Shown: one piece after another, positions 41,607 through 49,825 of the stretch | How the letters are laid out: each line of letters starts with the position of its first letter | How positions within the stretch are numbered: the first letter of the stretch is position 1 | Origin: Candidatus Woesebacteria bacterium | Lineage (GTDB): Bacteria; Patescibacteriota; Microgenomatia; UBA1400; PJMF01 | NCBI GenBank assembly: GCA_050123235.1 | Contig: JASFHL010000009.1 | Coordinates: 1 to 52,479, forward strand | Direction of reading: 5' to 3' | DNA length: 52,479 nt | The notes under the pieces: model-generated | Told to the model about the DNA's origin: nothing | Database searches by the model: none | The model's input: only the letters and a program-made list of their open reading frames with translations | Position numbers and translations under genes: made by a program

Positions 41607-41969
41607 TTAAAGAAAAACCCCAATCAGGGATTGTAAGAAGCTAATAGCAAAGGAAATAACGACTAAAGTTCCGATAAAACCCAATTTGATACCTAGTATG
41701 CTCATTGCTTGGATTTGAAAGCCAGGTACTAAAAAGGTAGCTAACCATAACAGAGCAACATTGATGACTATAGAAAAAAGTCCTAAAGTCACAATATTGA
41801 TCGGTAAAAAAAGAATTTTAAGCACAGGTTTAGCGATTTTTTGTAAAAGAGTTAAGACAACCCCAGCCAAAATTAAAGTAGTCCAGTTAAGATAAGAGAC
41901 TGTAGGTATAGCCCAAGCTAGAATTAGGATTGTTAGAATAGTGATGATAATTGGTTTAAGAAGTTTCAT
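41607..41969 (-). CDS. YvlD-like 4TM 'phage holin family' membrane protein
   Basis: KPVLKILFLPINIVTLGLFSIVINVALL motif. Confidence 0.85.
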   Translation of the reverse strand: MKLLKPIIITILTILILAWAIPTVSYLNWTTLILAGVVLTLLQKIAKPVLKILFLPINIVTLGLFSIVINVALLWLATFLVPGFQIQAMSILGIKLGFIGTLVVISFAISFLQSLIGVFL

Positions 41970-42015
41970 ATATTATTTAGAATAGCAGCATTGATACTAT
42001 TTTAGCAATGATTTC

Positions 42016-43392
42016 TTATTTCAACATTTCTTTAATTCTCAATCTGCTATGTTGTTTTTTAGCAAAACGATGCGATTCATCTCTAATTTGTTGAATTAAT
42101 TGTAAACTAGGATGATCAGGTTGTAATCTGAGGATTTGATATGAAAGTTCTAATCGCTCTTTTTTTTCTTGTTTTTTAATGGGAATGATTATTCTATCAG
42201 GATTTTTTGCAATGCCAATGACAGGAATATTCCATTTTAGGCTAGATAAAACTGCTCTAATTTGACCTTTTCCACCATCAATGACAATAAGCTTGGGCAT
42301 TCCCCATTCAGGATGATTCTGTCTTCTGATAATAGCTTCTTTAAACATTTGATAATCATTGGGAGTATTAATAGTTCTGATATTAAATAAACGATAGTGT
42401 TTTTTAGCTGCCTGCCCTTGTTGAAATACAACCATAGAGACTGCAGGATTTGTTCCTTGAATATTGCTCACATCAAAACCTTCGATACGATCCAGTTTAT
42501 ATTTTTTGGGCAATGATAAATAGAAATGAAGAATTTTATTTAAATGATCAAGAGCATGTTTTATTTGTCCTTGTTTTAGTTTTGGTAAAATTAATTCCGG
42601 TTGAAGCTTGTATTTTTTTTCGGTTACTTCTTTGATTAATTGAATTTTATTTTTATAACTAGCTGCTTTTTCAAAAAGTTCTTTACTGGCAGCAATTTTC
42701 ATTTTTTTTTCTAATTGTTTAATTATTTTTTTCTTTTTACCTCTTAAAAATAAAATAAGTTCTTTAATATTAGCTTGATAGTCTGTGGCAGAAATTTGTC
42801 CAATACAAGCCCCAGGGCAAAGATCTAGCTGGTAATAAAAGCAAGCTTTATTCCTTCCTTTAGCAGCTTCATTACACCAAGGAAAAATTCTTCTGGCAAT
42901 TTTTAAAACTTCATTGAGTTTATATGAACTAGGAAAAGGTCCCAGGACTGTACCTTTGATTTTACCTTTATATAATTGTTTTTTTCTAATCTTCAATATT
43001 CTAGGAAATTTTTCATTAGTAAGATGGAGATAAATTGGACTTTTATCATCTTTTAATAGAATATTATAGACTGGTTGATGCAACCTAATTAATTCTGCTT
43101 CTATTAGTAGGGCCTCTAAATCACTTTCCAAAACTTGATACTCTAATTTTTTGGCAGTAGTGACTAATTTTTTAATTCTATCTGTAAGTTGGAAGTATCT
43201 TTTATAAGAATTAATTCTATTCCTAAGATTTTTAGCTTTACCGACATAAAGAATCTTATTTTTTTCTCCTAAAAATGAATAAACTCCCGGTTGCGAGGGT
43301 AATGATAATAATGATGGCAGCCATGGCAGTAAGGACGATGGGGTTATAGAAGAACTCAAATTTTTTGGAGATGCTGCTGATGACGAATTCAT
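42016..43392 (-). CDS. uvrC: Excinuclease UvrC (short form, no C-terminal HhH)
   Basis: PGVY..YVGKAKNL GIY-YIG, Cys cluster, UVR helix, RIEGFDVSNIQG, IDGGKGQ, RDESHRFA. Confidence 0.9.
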   Translation of the reverse strand: MNSSSAASPKNLSSSITPSSLLPWLPSLLSLPSQPGVYSFLGEKNKILYVGKAKNLRNRINSYKRYFQLTDRIKKLVTTAKKLEYQVLESDLEALLIEAELIRLHQPVYNILLKDDKSPIYLHLTNEKFPRILKIRKKQLYKGKIKGTVLGPFPSSYKLNEVLKIARRIFPWCNEAAKGRNKACFYYQLDLCPGACIGQISATDYQANIKELILFLRGKKKKIIKQLEKKMKIAASKELFEKAASYKNKIQLIKEVTEKKYKLQPELILPKLKQGQIKHALDHLNKILHFYLSLPKKYKLDRIEGFDVSNIQGTNPAVSMVVFQQGQAAKKHYRLFNIRTINTPNDYQMFKEAIIRRQNHPEWGMPKLIVIDGGKGQIRAVLSSLKWNIPVIGIAKNPDRIIIPIKKQEKKERLELSYQILRLQPDHPSLQLIQQIRDESHRFAKKQHSRLRIKEMLK

Positions 43393-45100
43393 AGCTGTTA
43401 CTGTATGATTGATTATTGATAATAATTTTAATTTTTTCCTGACTAATTAATCCTTTCTTATTATAAATAGTAATTGGAATTGAACTAGATTGAAATGGCA
43501 ATAGTTTAATTTCATCAATTTTTTTATTAAACTCAAATTCAAGTTTTGAATTTAGACCTTCAAAATTTAATTGGTTTTGATACCAAGCTCTACCAGTTTT
43601 ATTATGAAAATTAATTTGATAAAGACCTGGAATTGAAAAAAAGAAAAATTTCTTGGGCTGCAATTGGATTTCAATATCAGGGTTTATTTGAGGGAAATTT
43701 TCAGTAAATTCAATCTCTAGGTCCTTGCTTTCTTTTTGATCATTCTTATAAGAACCTGCAGGGTATGGTAATTCACTAGATTTACTATTAATAGCAAAAA
43801 CAAGATGATTTAAATCAAATTGGTTAAAATAATCAACCCCATTAGTAGTATCCCCCCAGGTGGGATCTACAGCAACCCAGCGTTTTTGTTCTTGATCATA
43901 ATATTCTGGCCAAGCGTGCAAAACATCAATCAGACCAAGTGGCCTGAGTTCTTCATTTTGACTATAAGCATAGCCAGTAATTCTTCTCGCAGGGATTTTT
44001 TGAGCACGAGCTAAAGTAATAAAAAGATCTGTAAATTCCTGACAAGTTGCTTGTCCTGATTGAATCAAAACTTTACTTGCTCCCAATCTTTCGAAATCTT
44101 GATTAATGTCTTCTTTAGTATAATCTAATTTATTGATCACAAAATCATAAATTGCTTCAGGACCTTGATGATCTTGGCTTAGAGCTTGGATATTATTGTC
44201 ATTTATTTCCCAATATTTATTAGCTTTAAGATCTTTATTAGAAAAGGAGCTTCCTAAGCTAGGATTTTGAATTTTAAGACTGATTAGAGCTTGGGCATCT
44301 AGCTTCACCACGGTTTGGCTATTAGCAGCTAACTTATAAGTAGCAATCCAATTACCATCTTCATCAATTTTAATATCTTCTGGTGATGGCTCAAGACTAT
44401 GATAGTGCATTGTCTGAAAAGCTGTGTCTGGTGGTAGAGCTATTTGTGTAATAGCAGTCTGATCATTAGGATTTTCTAAATGAAAGTTTAATTTTAGATT
44501 AAAAATTTGTTCTTCTCCAAAGATAATGGAAATACCTTTGCCAGCAGTATTTTCAAAAGTAGTAATGATATCATCATTGGTAACTTGAGTACGATGATCT
44601 AGATTAACTCTACTAGGTGCTCCAAATTTTTTTGGCGTGATAATAGTAGTTTTTAGATTTTGATAAGTATTAGTATTAGCTAATTGAGGAATTGTGACTT
44701 CCAAGACTTTACCATTGACAAGCGATATATTTGGATCTTTATAACTAATAGTAATGGTTCTAATTTTATCTTTTCCAACTACTTCATCAGGGAAAGTTAC
44801 TCCAATACTACTATATTTGTCTCCATTAACAACTTCTGCAGGGATTTCTTTTGAGCCATCAAAAACTTTAACATTTCGAATATCCTTTGAGCTAAGTTTG
44901 AGACCATAGCTATTAATATAAAAAGTAGGACTTAGATTTTTAATCTGAAGTGTATGTTCCACATAAGTATCAGCATTTTGGTTGACACTATAAATACTGT
45001 GAAGTGAAAATTCAAAATTCTCATTGGCAGAGACCTGTTTTACTATAGCCAAAAAAAGAAAAATTACGATGGAGAAGCTGTAAAAAATTTTTTTAATCAT
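43256..45100 (-). CDS. Membrane-anchored extracytoplasmic transglutaminase-like protein
   Basis: Signal peptide, TCQEFTDLF, IPARRITG, HAWPEY, VDPTW (Cys-His-Asp triad intact), C-terminal TM plus RRKK. Confidence 0.87.
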   Translation of the reverse strand: MIKKIFYSFSIVIFLFLAIVKQVSANENFEFSLHSIYSVNQNADTYVEHTLQIKNLSPTFYINSYGLKLSSKDIRNVKVFDGSKEIPAEVVNGDKYSSIGVTFPDEVVGKDKIRTITISYKDPNISLVNGKVLEVTIPQLANTNTYQNLKTTIITPKKFGAPSRVNLDHRTQVTNDDIITTFENTAGKGISIIFGEEQIFNLKLNFHLENPNDQTAITQIALPPDTAFQTMHYHSLEPSPEDIKIDEDGNWIATYKLAANSQTVVKLDAQALISLKIQNPSLGSSFSNKDLKANKYWEINDNNIQALSQDHQGPEAIYDFVINKLDYTKEDINQDFERLGASKVLIQSGQATCQEFTDLFITLARAQKIPARRITGYAYSQNEELRPLGLIDVLHAWPEYYDQEQKRWVAVDPTWGDTTNGVDYFNQFDLNHLVFAINSKSSELPYPAGSYKNDQKESKDLEIEFTENFPQINPDIEIQLQPKKFFFFSIPGLYQINFHNKTGRAWYQNQLNFEGLNSKLEFEFNKKIDEIKLLPFQSSSIPITIYNKKGLISQEKIKIIINNQSYSNSYEFVISSISKKFEFFYNPIVLTAMAAIIIIITLATGSLFIFRRKK

Positions 45101-45161
45101 GATTGGATATTTTACTGTCTTTACTATTGGTTAGGCAAGGAATTAGTTTATAATTCTAGTT

Positions 45162-46133
45162 ATGCTTATTCTAACCGAAAAACAATGTAAAACATTTTTG
45201 GATTTAGCAGTCAAAAGAACAGCTAATTATCTTAGAGAAAATCAATTGAGAGGTGTTAGTTTGGGAATTTCTGGCGGGGTAGATTCAGCTGTAGTGTCTT
45301 TAATTGGCTTAAAGGCAATAGAGAATTTAAAAAAATCAAATTATGAAGCCAATTATGAATATTTTTTTCTTGATTGTGATAGTGATGATTTTGATTATCA
45401 ACGTGCCCAAGCTTTGGCAAAAAAATTCGATTTTAGACTTAAATATTTAGATTTAACTACTTGGTATCAATGCTCTCCTCTTCTAAAAATGATTCCTAAG
45501 CATCATCCCAGACGAAAAATTGCAAAAGGAAATATTAAAGCGAGATTAAGAATGATTGCTCTTTATCATTCCACTCAATTGAATAATCATATTTATTTGG
45601 ATACTGATGATTTGTCAGAAGAATTAATGGGTTTTTGGACTAAACATGGTGATGAAGGTGATTTGAAAATTATTCAAAATTTAACTAAGACGGAAGTCTA
45701 TGATTTAGCTAAATTTTTGGGAGTACCAGAAATAATTTTAAACTCCAAACCAAGTGATGGTTTAAAGGTAACAGAGAAAAATTTAGCTAGTGAGCAACTT
45801 GGTCTAGACTATATTGTGATTGAATATTTATTGAGCAGTTTTATTGAACAAGGTTTTGATTGTAATGGTTCAATGGAACAATTAAAGGAAAAGAGATTTT
45901 TATTTTTAGTCCAAAAATTGGCCAAACAAATAAAGCAAAAGGAAGAAAAAATCTTACAAGTCTTGAGTCAGGCTCTAAAGACTGCTTTTAAAAGAAAGTA
46001 CGGTGACAATGTAGCTAATTTGTTGCCTGAGAGGTCTGAGTTAGCTTTAGCAGAACTTGGATCTAGAGAATTTAATCAACTTTATTTGCAGGCCCTACAA
46101 GCTTCAACTCTTCTTTCAGATACTGCCCAGTAA
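45162..46133 (+). CDS. nadE: NH3-dependent NAD synthetase
   Basis: LGISGGVDSAVV, GNIKARLRM, SEELMGFWTKHGD, KTEVY, PSDGL. Confidence 0.85.
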   Translation: MLILTEKQCKTFLDLAVKRTANYLRENQLRGVSLGISGGVDSAVVSLIGLKAIENLKKSNYEANYEYFFLDCDSDDFDYQRAQALAKKFDFRLKYLDLTTWYQCSPLLKMIPKHHPRRKIAKGNIKARLRMIALYHSTQLNNHIYLDTDDLSEELMGFWTKHGDEGDLKIIQNLTKTEVYDLAKFLGVPEIILNSKPSDGLKVTEKNLASEQLGLDYIVIEYLLSSFIEQGFDCNGSMEQLKEKRFLFLVQKLAKQIKQKEEKILQVLSQALKTAFKRKYGDNVANLLPERSELALAELGSREFNQLYLQALQASTLLSDTAQ

Positions 46134-49032
46134 AAGAATTTTTATTTTCTGCAATTTGTGCTGGAGTTCCAACTGCAACTACTTCTCCTCCATATTCCCC
46201 ACCCTCTGGACCAAGGTCAATAATCCAATCAGCATTTTTGATAATATCTAAGTTATGTTCAATAACAACGACTGTGTTATTTTGAGCAACTAGCTGATGT
46301 AGAACATCAAGCAGTTTTTGCACATCAGCGAAATGAAGTCCGGTAGTTGGTTCATCTAAGAGATATAAAATATGATCATTGCTTCTAATTGAAAGTTCTT
46401 TGGCTAATTTTACTCTTTGCGCTTCTCCTCCACTTAAGGTAGGAGCAGGCTGTCCTAACTCTAGATAGCCCAAACCTACATCAATTAGAGTTTTAAGTTT
46501 TTTTCTAATAGTGCTGTGCGCAGAAAAAAATTGATAAGCTTCATCAATGCTCATTTTGAGAATTTCAAAAATATTTTTACCTTTGTAAGTGACTTGAAGA
46601 GTTTCTTGATTGTAACGTTTGCCTTCACAGACATCACAGGTAACATAAACATCAGGTAAGAATTGCATTTCTATTTTAATCTGGCCATCTCCTCGACAGC
46701 TTTCGCAACGTCCTCCTTTTACATTGAAACTAAATCTGCCTATTTTATAACCTCTAATTCTAGCCTCTTTAGTATTGGCAAAAATTTTTCGAATATAGTC
46801 AAAAACCTTAGTATAAGTAGCTGGGTTAGATCTTGGAGTTTTACCAATCGGACTTTGATCAATTAAACTAAGACGTTTTAATTCTGGTGGACTGGAAATA
46901 CTAACTATATGACCAGCTTTTTCTTTGATTTTTTTACCCAATCTTTCTGCTAGATTTAAATATAAAGTATCGTAAAGTAAAGTTGATTTTCCAGAACCAG
47001 AGATACCAGTAATGCAAGTTAATTGATTAATGGGAAAATCCACATCAATGGATTTTAGATTATGATGAGAAGCAGCATTAATAGCAATATTCCCGATACT
47101 TTTTTGATTCAATAAACTGGCAGTAGTTCTCTGTGTTCTAATTACATCTTTTTTTCTTGCCAGAAATTTACCAGTTAATGATTTTTTATTTTTAATAATT
47201 TCTTTGGCAGTGCCAGTAGCCACAATTTCCCCACCCTCTTTGCCAGCTTTAGGACCGAAGTCAATAATATAGTCTGATGCCAGCATGAGATCTCGATCGT
47301 GTTCAACTACAATCACAGTATTACCTTTATCTCTCAAGTTTTTTAAAGTTTCGATCAATTGATGATTGTCTCTTTGGTGAAGTCCAATAGTAGGTTCATC
47401 TAGAATATAAAGAACTCCAGTCAATCCCGTCCCAATTTGAGAAGCTAAACGAATTCGTTGTGCCTCGCCACCGGCTAAGGTTGAAGCTTCTCTAGAAAGT
47501 GTTAAATAATTTAAACCCACAGAAGACAAAAATGACAGACGACTGATAATTTCTTTAAAAATAGGCTGACTAATAGTTTGTTCTTTTTTGTTAAGAATAT
47601 TAGCTGTTTTTAATTTTCTACTCCATTCCAGTGCTTGGTAAATAGTAAGATCAGTCACATCAGCAATATTATGTTTATCAATAATCACAGATAAAGCTTC
47701 TTTTTTTAATCTTTTACCAAAACAGCTAGAACAAGTTTCTTTGACCATAAACTGGCCAATTTCTCTGCGAATAAAATCACTTTCAGTTTGCTCATATCTT
47801 CTTTCTAAATTTTTAATGAAACCTTCAAATTTTTCAGAAAAACTAGTCATTTTGCCATAACGATTCTCACCTGTGATTTGATAAATTTTATTTGAACCAT
47901 AGAGTAAAGTTTTTTGAAACTGCTCATCCATTTCGTTAAATGGAGTTTTACGAAAATCATAACCAGCCTCTTCAGTGACCACCTTAATGATTCTGGCTGT
48001 CCAAGAATCATTACTTAAAACACGGGCAAAAGGAATAATCGCTCCCTCACTGAGAGTCAATTCCGGAGCAATAATCTTGTCGTGATCAATTTTGAGAATT
48101 GAACCTAAACCATTACAGAGTTCACAAGCGCCTTCTGGTGAATTAAAAGAAAATAATCTAGGTTCTAGTTCATTGATAGAAATAGCACAATCACTACAAG
48201 CTAGATTTTCACTAAATAGTTTATCTTCGAAATCTTTAGGATTTTCAGGAAAGTTAAAATTTTGATCATTAATAAAGGAAGCAATAATTAAACCATCAGC
48301 TAACTTGAGTGATTCTTCAATTGATTGATTGAGGCGACTGTTGATAGTTCTTAATTCTTGATTGTCTTGTAATTGCTTTTTGGAGACAGTTAGACGATCA
48401 ACCACTACTTCAATATTATGTTTATTGGTTTTGATTAAAGTTAGATCATCAGCCACGTTATAAAAACTATTATCAATTCTGATACGTGAATAACCTTTTT
48501 TGCCTAAAGATGCCAGCAAAGAACTAAATTCTCCTTTACGATTCCTAACTACGGGAGATAAAAGCATTAGTCTAGTTGGGGCTGATCCAGCTTTAAGTTC
48601 TAGCTCTTTAATAATTTGTCGCACAATCTGATCTACACTTTGAGTAGAAATTTCTTGGCCACATTCTGGGCAATGCGGATGACCGATTCTAGCAAAAAGC
48701 AATCTTAGGTAGTCATAAATTTCAGTGATAGTGCCCACAGTTGAGCGTGGATTATGAGAAGTGGTTTTTTGGTCAATGGAAATAGCTGGTGACAAACCAT
48801 CAATTTGATCAACATCAGGTTTTTTCATACCTCCCAAAAACTGTCTAGCATAAGAGCTAAGTGATTCTACATAGCGACGTTGACCTTCTGCATAAAGAGT
48901 GTCAAAGGCTAAAGAGCTTTTGCCACTACCAGAAAGGCCAGTAAAAACTACTAATTGGTTTTTAGGGATTGAGAGATTAATATTTTTGAGGTTATGTTCT
49001 CTGGCTCCAGTGACTTTAATCTGATTCTGCAT
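46072..49032 (-). CDS. uvrA: Excinuclease UvrA
   Basis: GAREHNLKN, GLSGSGKSS, zinc fingers, LAGGEAQR and LSGGEAQR. ATG 49032 preferred. Confidence 0.97.
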   Translation of the reverse strand: MQNQIKVTGAREHNLKNINLSIPKNQLVVFTGLSGSGKSSLAFDTLYAEGQRRYVESLSSYARQFLGGMKKPDVDQIDGLSPAISIDQKTTSHNPRSTVGTITEIYDYLRLLFARIGHPHCPECGQEISTQSVDQIVRQIIKELELKAGSAPTRLMLLSPVVRNRKGEFSSLLASLGKKGYSRIRIDNSFYNVADDLTLIKTNKHNIEVVVDRLTVSKKQLQDNQELRTINSRLNQSIEESLKLADGLIIASFINDQNFNFPENPKDFEDKLFSENLACSDCAISINELEPRLFSFNSPEGACELCNGLGSILKIDHDKIIAPELTLSEGAIIPFARVLSNDSWTARIIKVVTEEAGYDFRKTPFNEMDEQFQKTLLYGSNKIYQITGENRYGKMTSFSEKFEGFIKNLERRYEQTESDFIRREIGQFMVKETCSSCFGKRLKKEALSVIIDKHNIADVTDLTIYQALEWSRKLKTANILNKKEQTISQPIFKEIISRLSFLSSVGLNYLTLSREASTLAGGEAQRIRLASQIGTGLTGVLYILDEPTIGLHQRDNHQLIETLKNLRDKGNTVIVVEHDRDLMLASDYIIDFGPKAGKEGGEIVATGTAKEIIKNKKSLTGKFLARKKDVIRTQRTTASLLNQKSIGNIAINAASHHNLKSIDVDFPINQLTCITGISGSGKSTLLYDTLYLNLAERLGKKIKEKAGHIVSISSPPELKRLSLIDQSPIGKTPRSNPATYTKVFDYIRKIFANTKEARIRGYKIGRFSFNVKGGRCESCRGDGQIKIEMQFLPDVYVTCDVCEGKRYNQETLQVTYKGKNIFEILKMSIDEAYQFFSAHSTIRKKLKTLIDVGLGYLELGQPAPTLSGGEAQRVKLAKELSIRSNDHILYLLDEPTTGLHFADVQKLLDVLHQLVAQNNTVVVIEHNLDIIKNADWIIDLGPEGGEYGGEVVAVGTPAQIAENKNSFTGQYLKEELKLVGPANKVD

Positions 49033-49093
49033 AAAGAGTATATTATATCGCAAAAGTATAGGAGAGGGAAAAAGTGATATATAGCTTAAATTA

Positions 49094-49214
49094 TTTGCTA
49101 ATCAAGATCAGCAAAGTGCAAGTGGGCGTTCTGTAAAAGGGACGCCCGCTTGGTCTAAAAAGGAGATTTTCTATATACCAGTGGAGCGAAAGCTACACAT
49201 TTCTGAGTGGAAAT
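49094..49214 (+). other. GC-rich multi-hairpin intergenic element (candidate ncRNA)
   Basis: Stems at 49119-49152, 49181-49198 (GAAA tetraloop) and 49199-49214; G-U pairs favour the + strand. Confidence 0.4.
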
Positions 49215-49224
49215 TTACAATTTA

Positions 49225-49482
49225 CTAAATTTTTTTATATATTTCCTTACGATGGCCGACGTCTAAAATTATAATAATTAGTTGTTTATTTTTAATGAGA
49301 TAAATAATGCGATATCGTGAGAAACGTAATTTCCAGAGAGCTTTTAATTTTCCAGTTAACGGTGTTCCAATATTTGGATTAACTGATAAGCGATCTATGG
49401 CTTTAGCAAATGTAGAATGATATTTTTTGTCAATGTGTTTAATTGATTTTTGGGCTGTAGGAGTAAATTTAATTTGGTACAT
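49225..49482 (-). CDS. RelE/ParE-family toxin
   Basis: MYQIKFTPTAQK..NPNIG.PL.GKL..LWKLRFSRYRIIY..VGHRKEIY. ATG 49482. Confidence 0.9.
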   Translation of the reverse strand: MYQIKFTPTAQKSIKHIDKKYHSTFAKAIDRLSVNPNIGTPLTGKLKALWKLRFSRYRIIYLIKNKQLIIIILDVGHRKEIYKKI

Positions 49483-49504
49483 ATAGTGATTCAATCTAAG
49501 AAAA

Positions 49505-49771
49505 TTAGTCTAAAGTTAACTTTTTTTTAAGATCTTCCCAGTCAGTTAACTCACCTTTTTTAAATTCTTTGATACTTTTTTCTAAGTTTCTCATAAGTTT
49601 TTGGTCACTTAAGACTTCAATAGTTTCTTTGAGACGTTCATATTCTGTAGCATCTATCAATACAGCTTTGACTTTGCTTTTTACAGAAATATATATATCT
49701 TTGAGATTAATTTGCTTTATTAATGAAGGTAGCTGAGCTCTGGCTTGGGTAATAGATATAATTTTTTGCAT
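49505..49771 (-). CDS. Phd/YefM-family antitoxin
   Basis: ISITQARAQLPSLI, KAVLI..EYERLKETIEVLSD. ATG 49771. Confidence 0.9.
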   Translation of the reverse strand: MQKIISITQARAQLPSLIKQINLKDIYISVKSKVKAVLIDATEYERLKETIEVLSDQKLMRNLEKSIKEFKKGELTDWEDLKKKLTLD

Positions 49772-49777
49772 AATTTT

Positions 49778-49805
49778 ATTGTACATTTTTATGTACACTT
49801 GTCAA
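49778..49805 (-). promoter_or_regulatory. TA promoter with tandem TGTACA operator palindromes
   Basis: TTGACA-16-TACAAT, then 6 nt to ATG. TGTACA at 49780-49785 and 49792-49797. Confidence 0.8.
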
Positions 49806-49825
49806 TATTAAGAAGTTCTGCTTGT

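Noticed and set aside
41607-41969. Holin as evidence for a prophage
   Set aside because: The YvlD-like family is commonly chromosomal, and no phage genes are nearby.
49139-49185. c-di-GMP-I riboswitch similarity (GGGACGC...GGTCTAA)
   Set aside because: Lacks the GCAAA segments and the GAAA-capped P2, and has no downstream gene on that strand. Kept only as an unassigned structured element.
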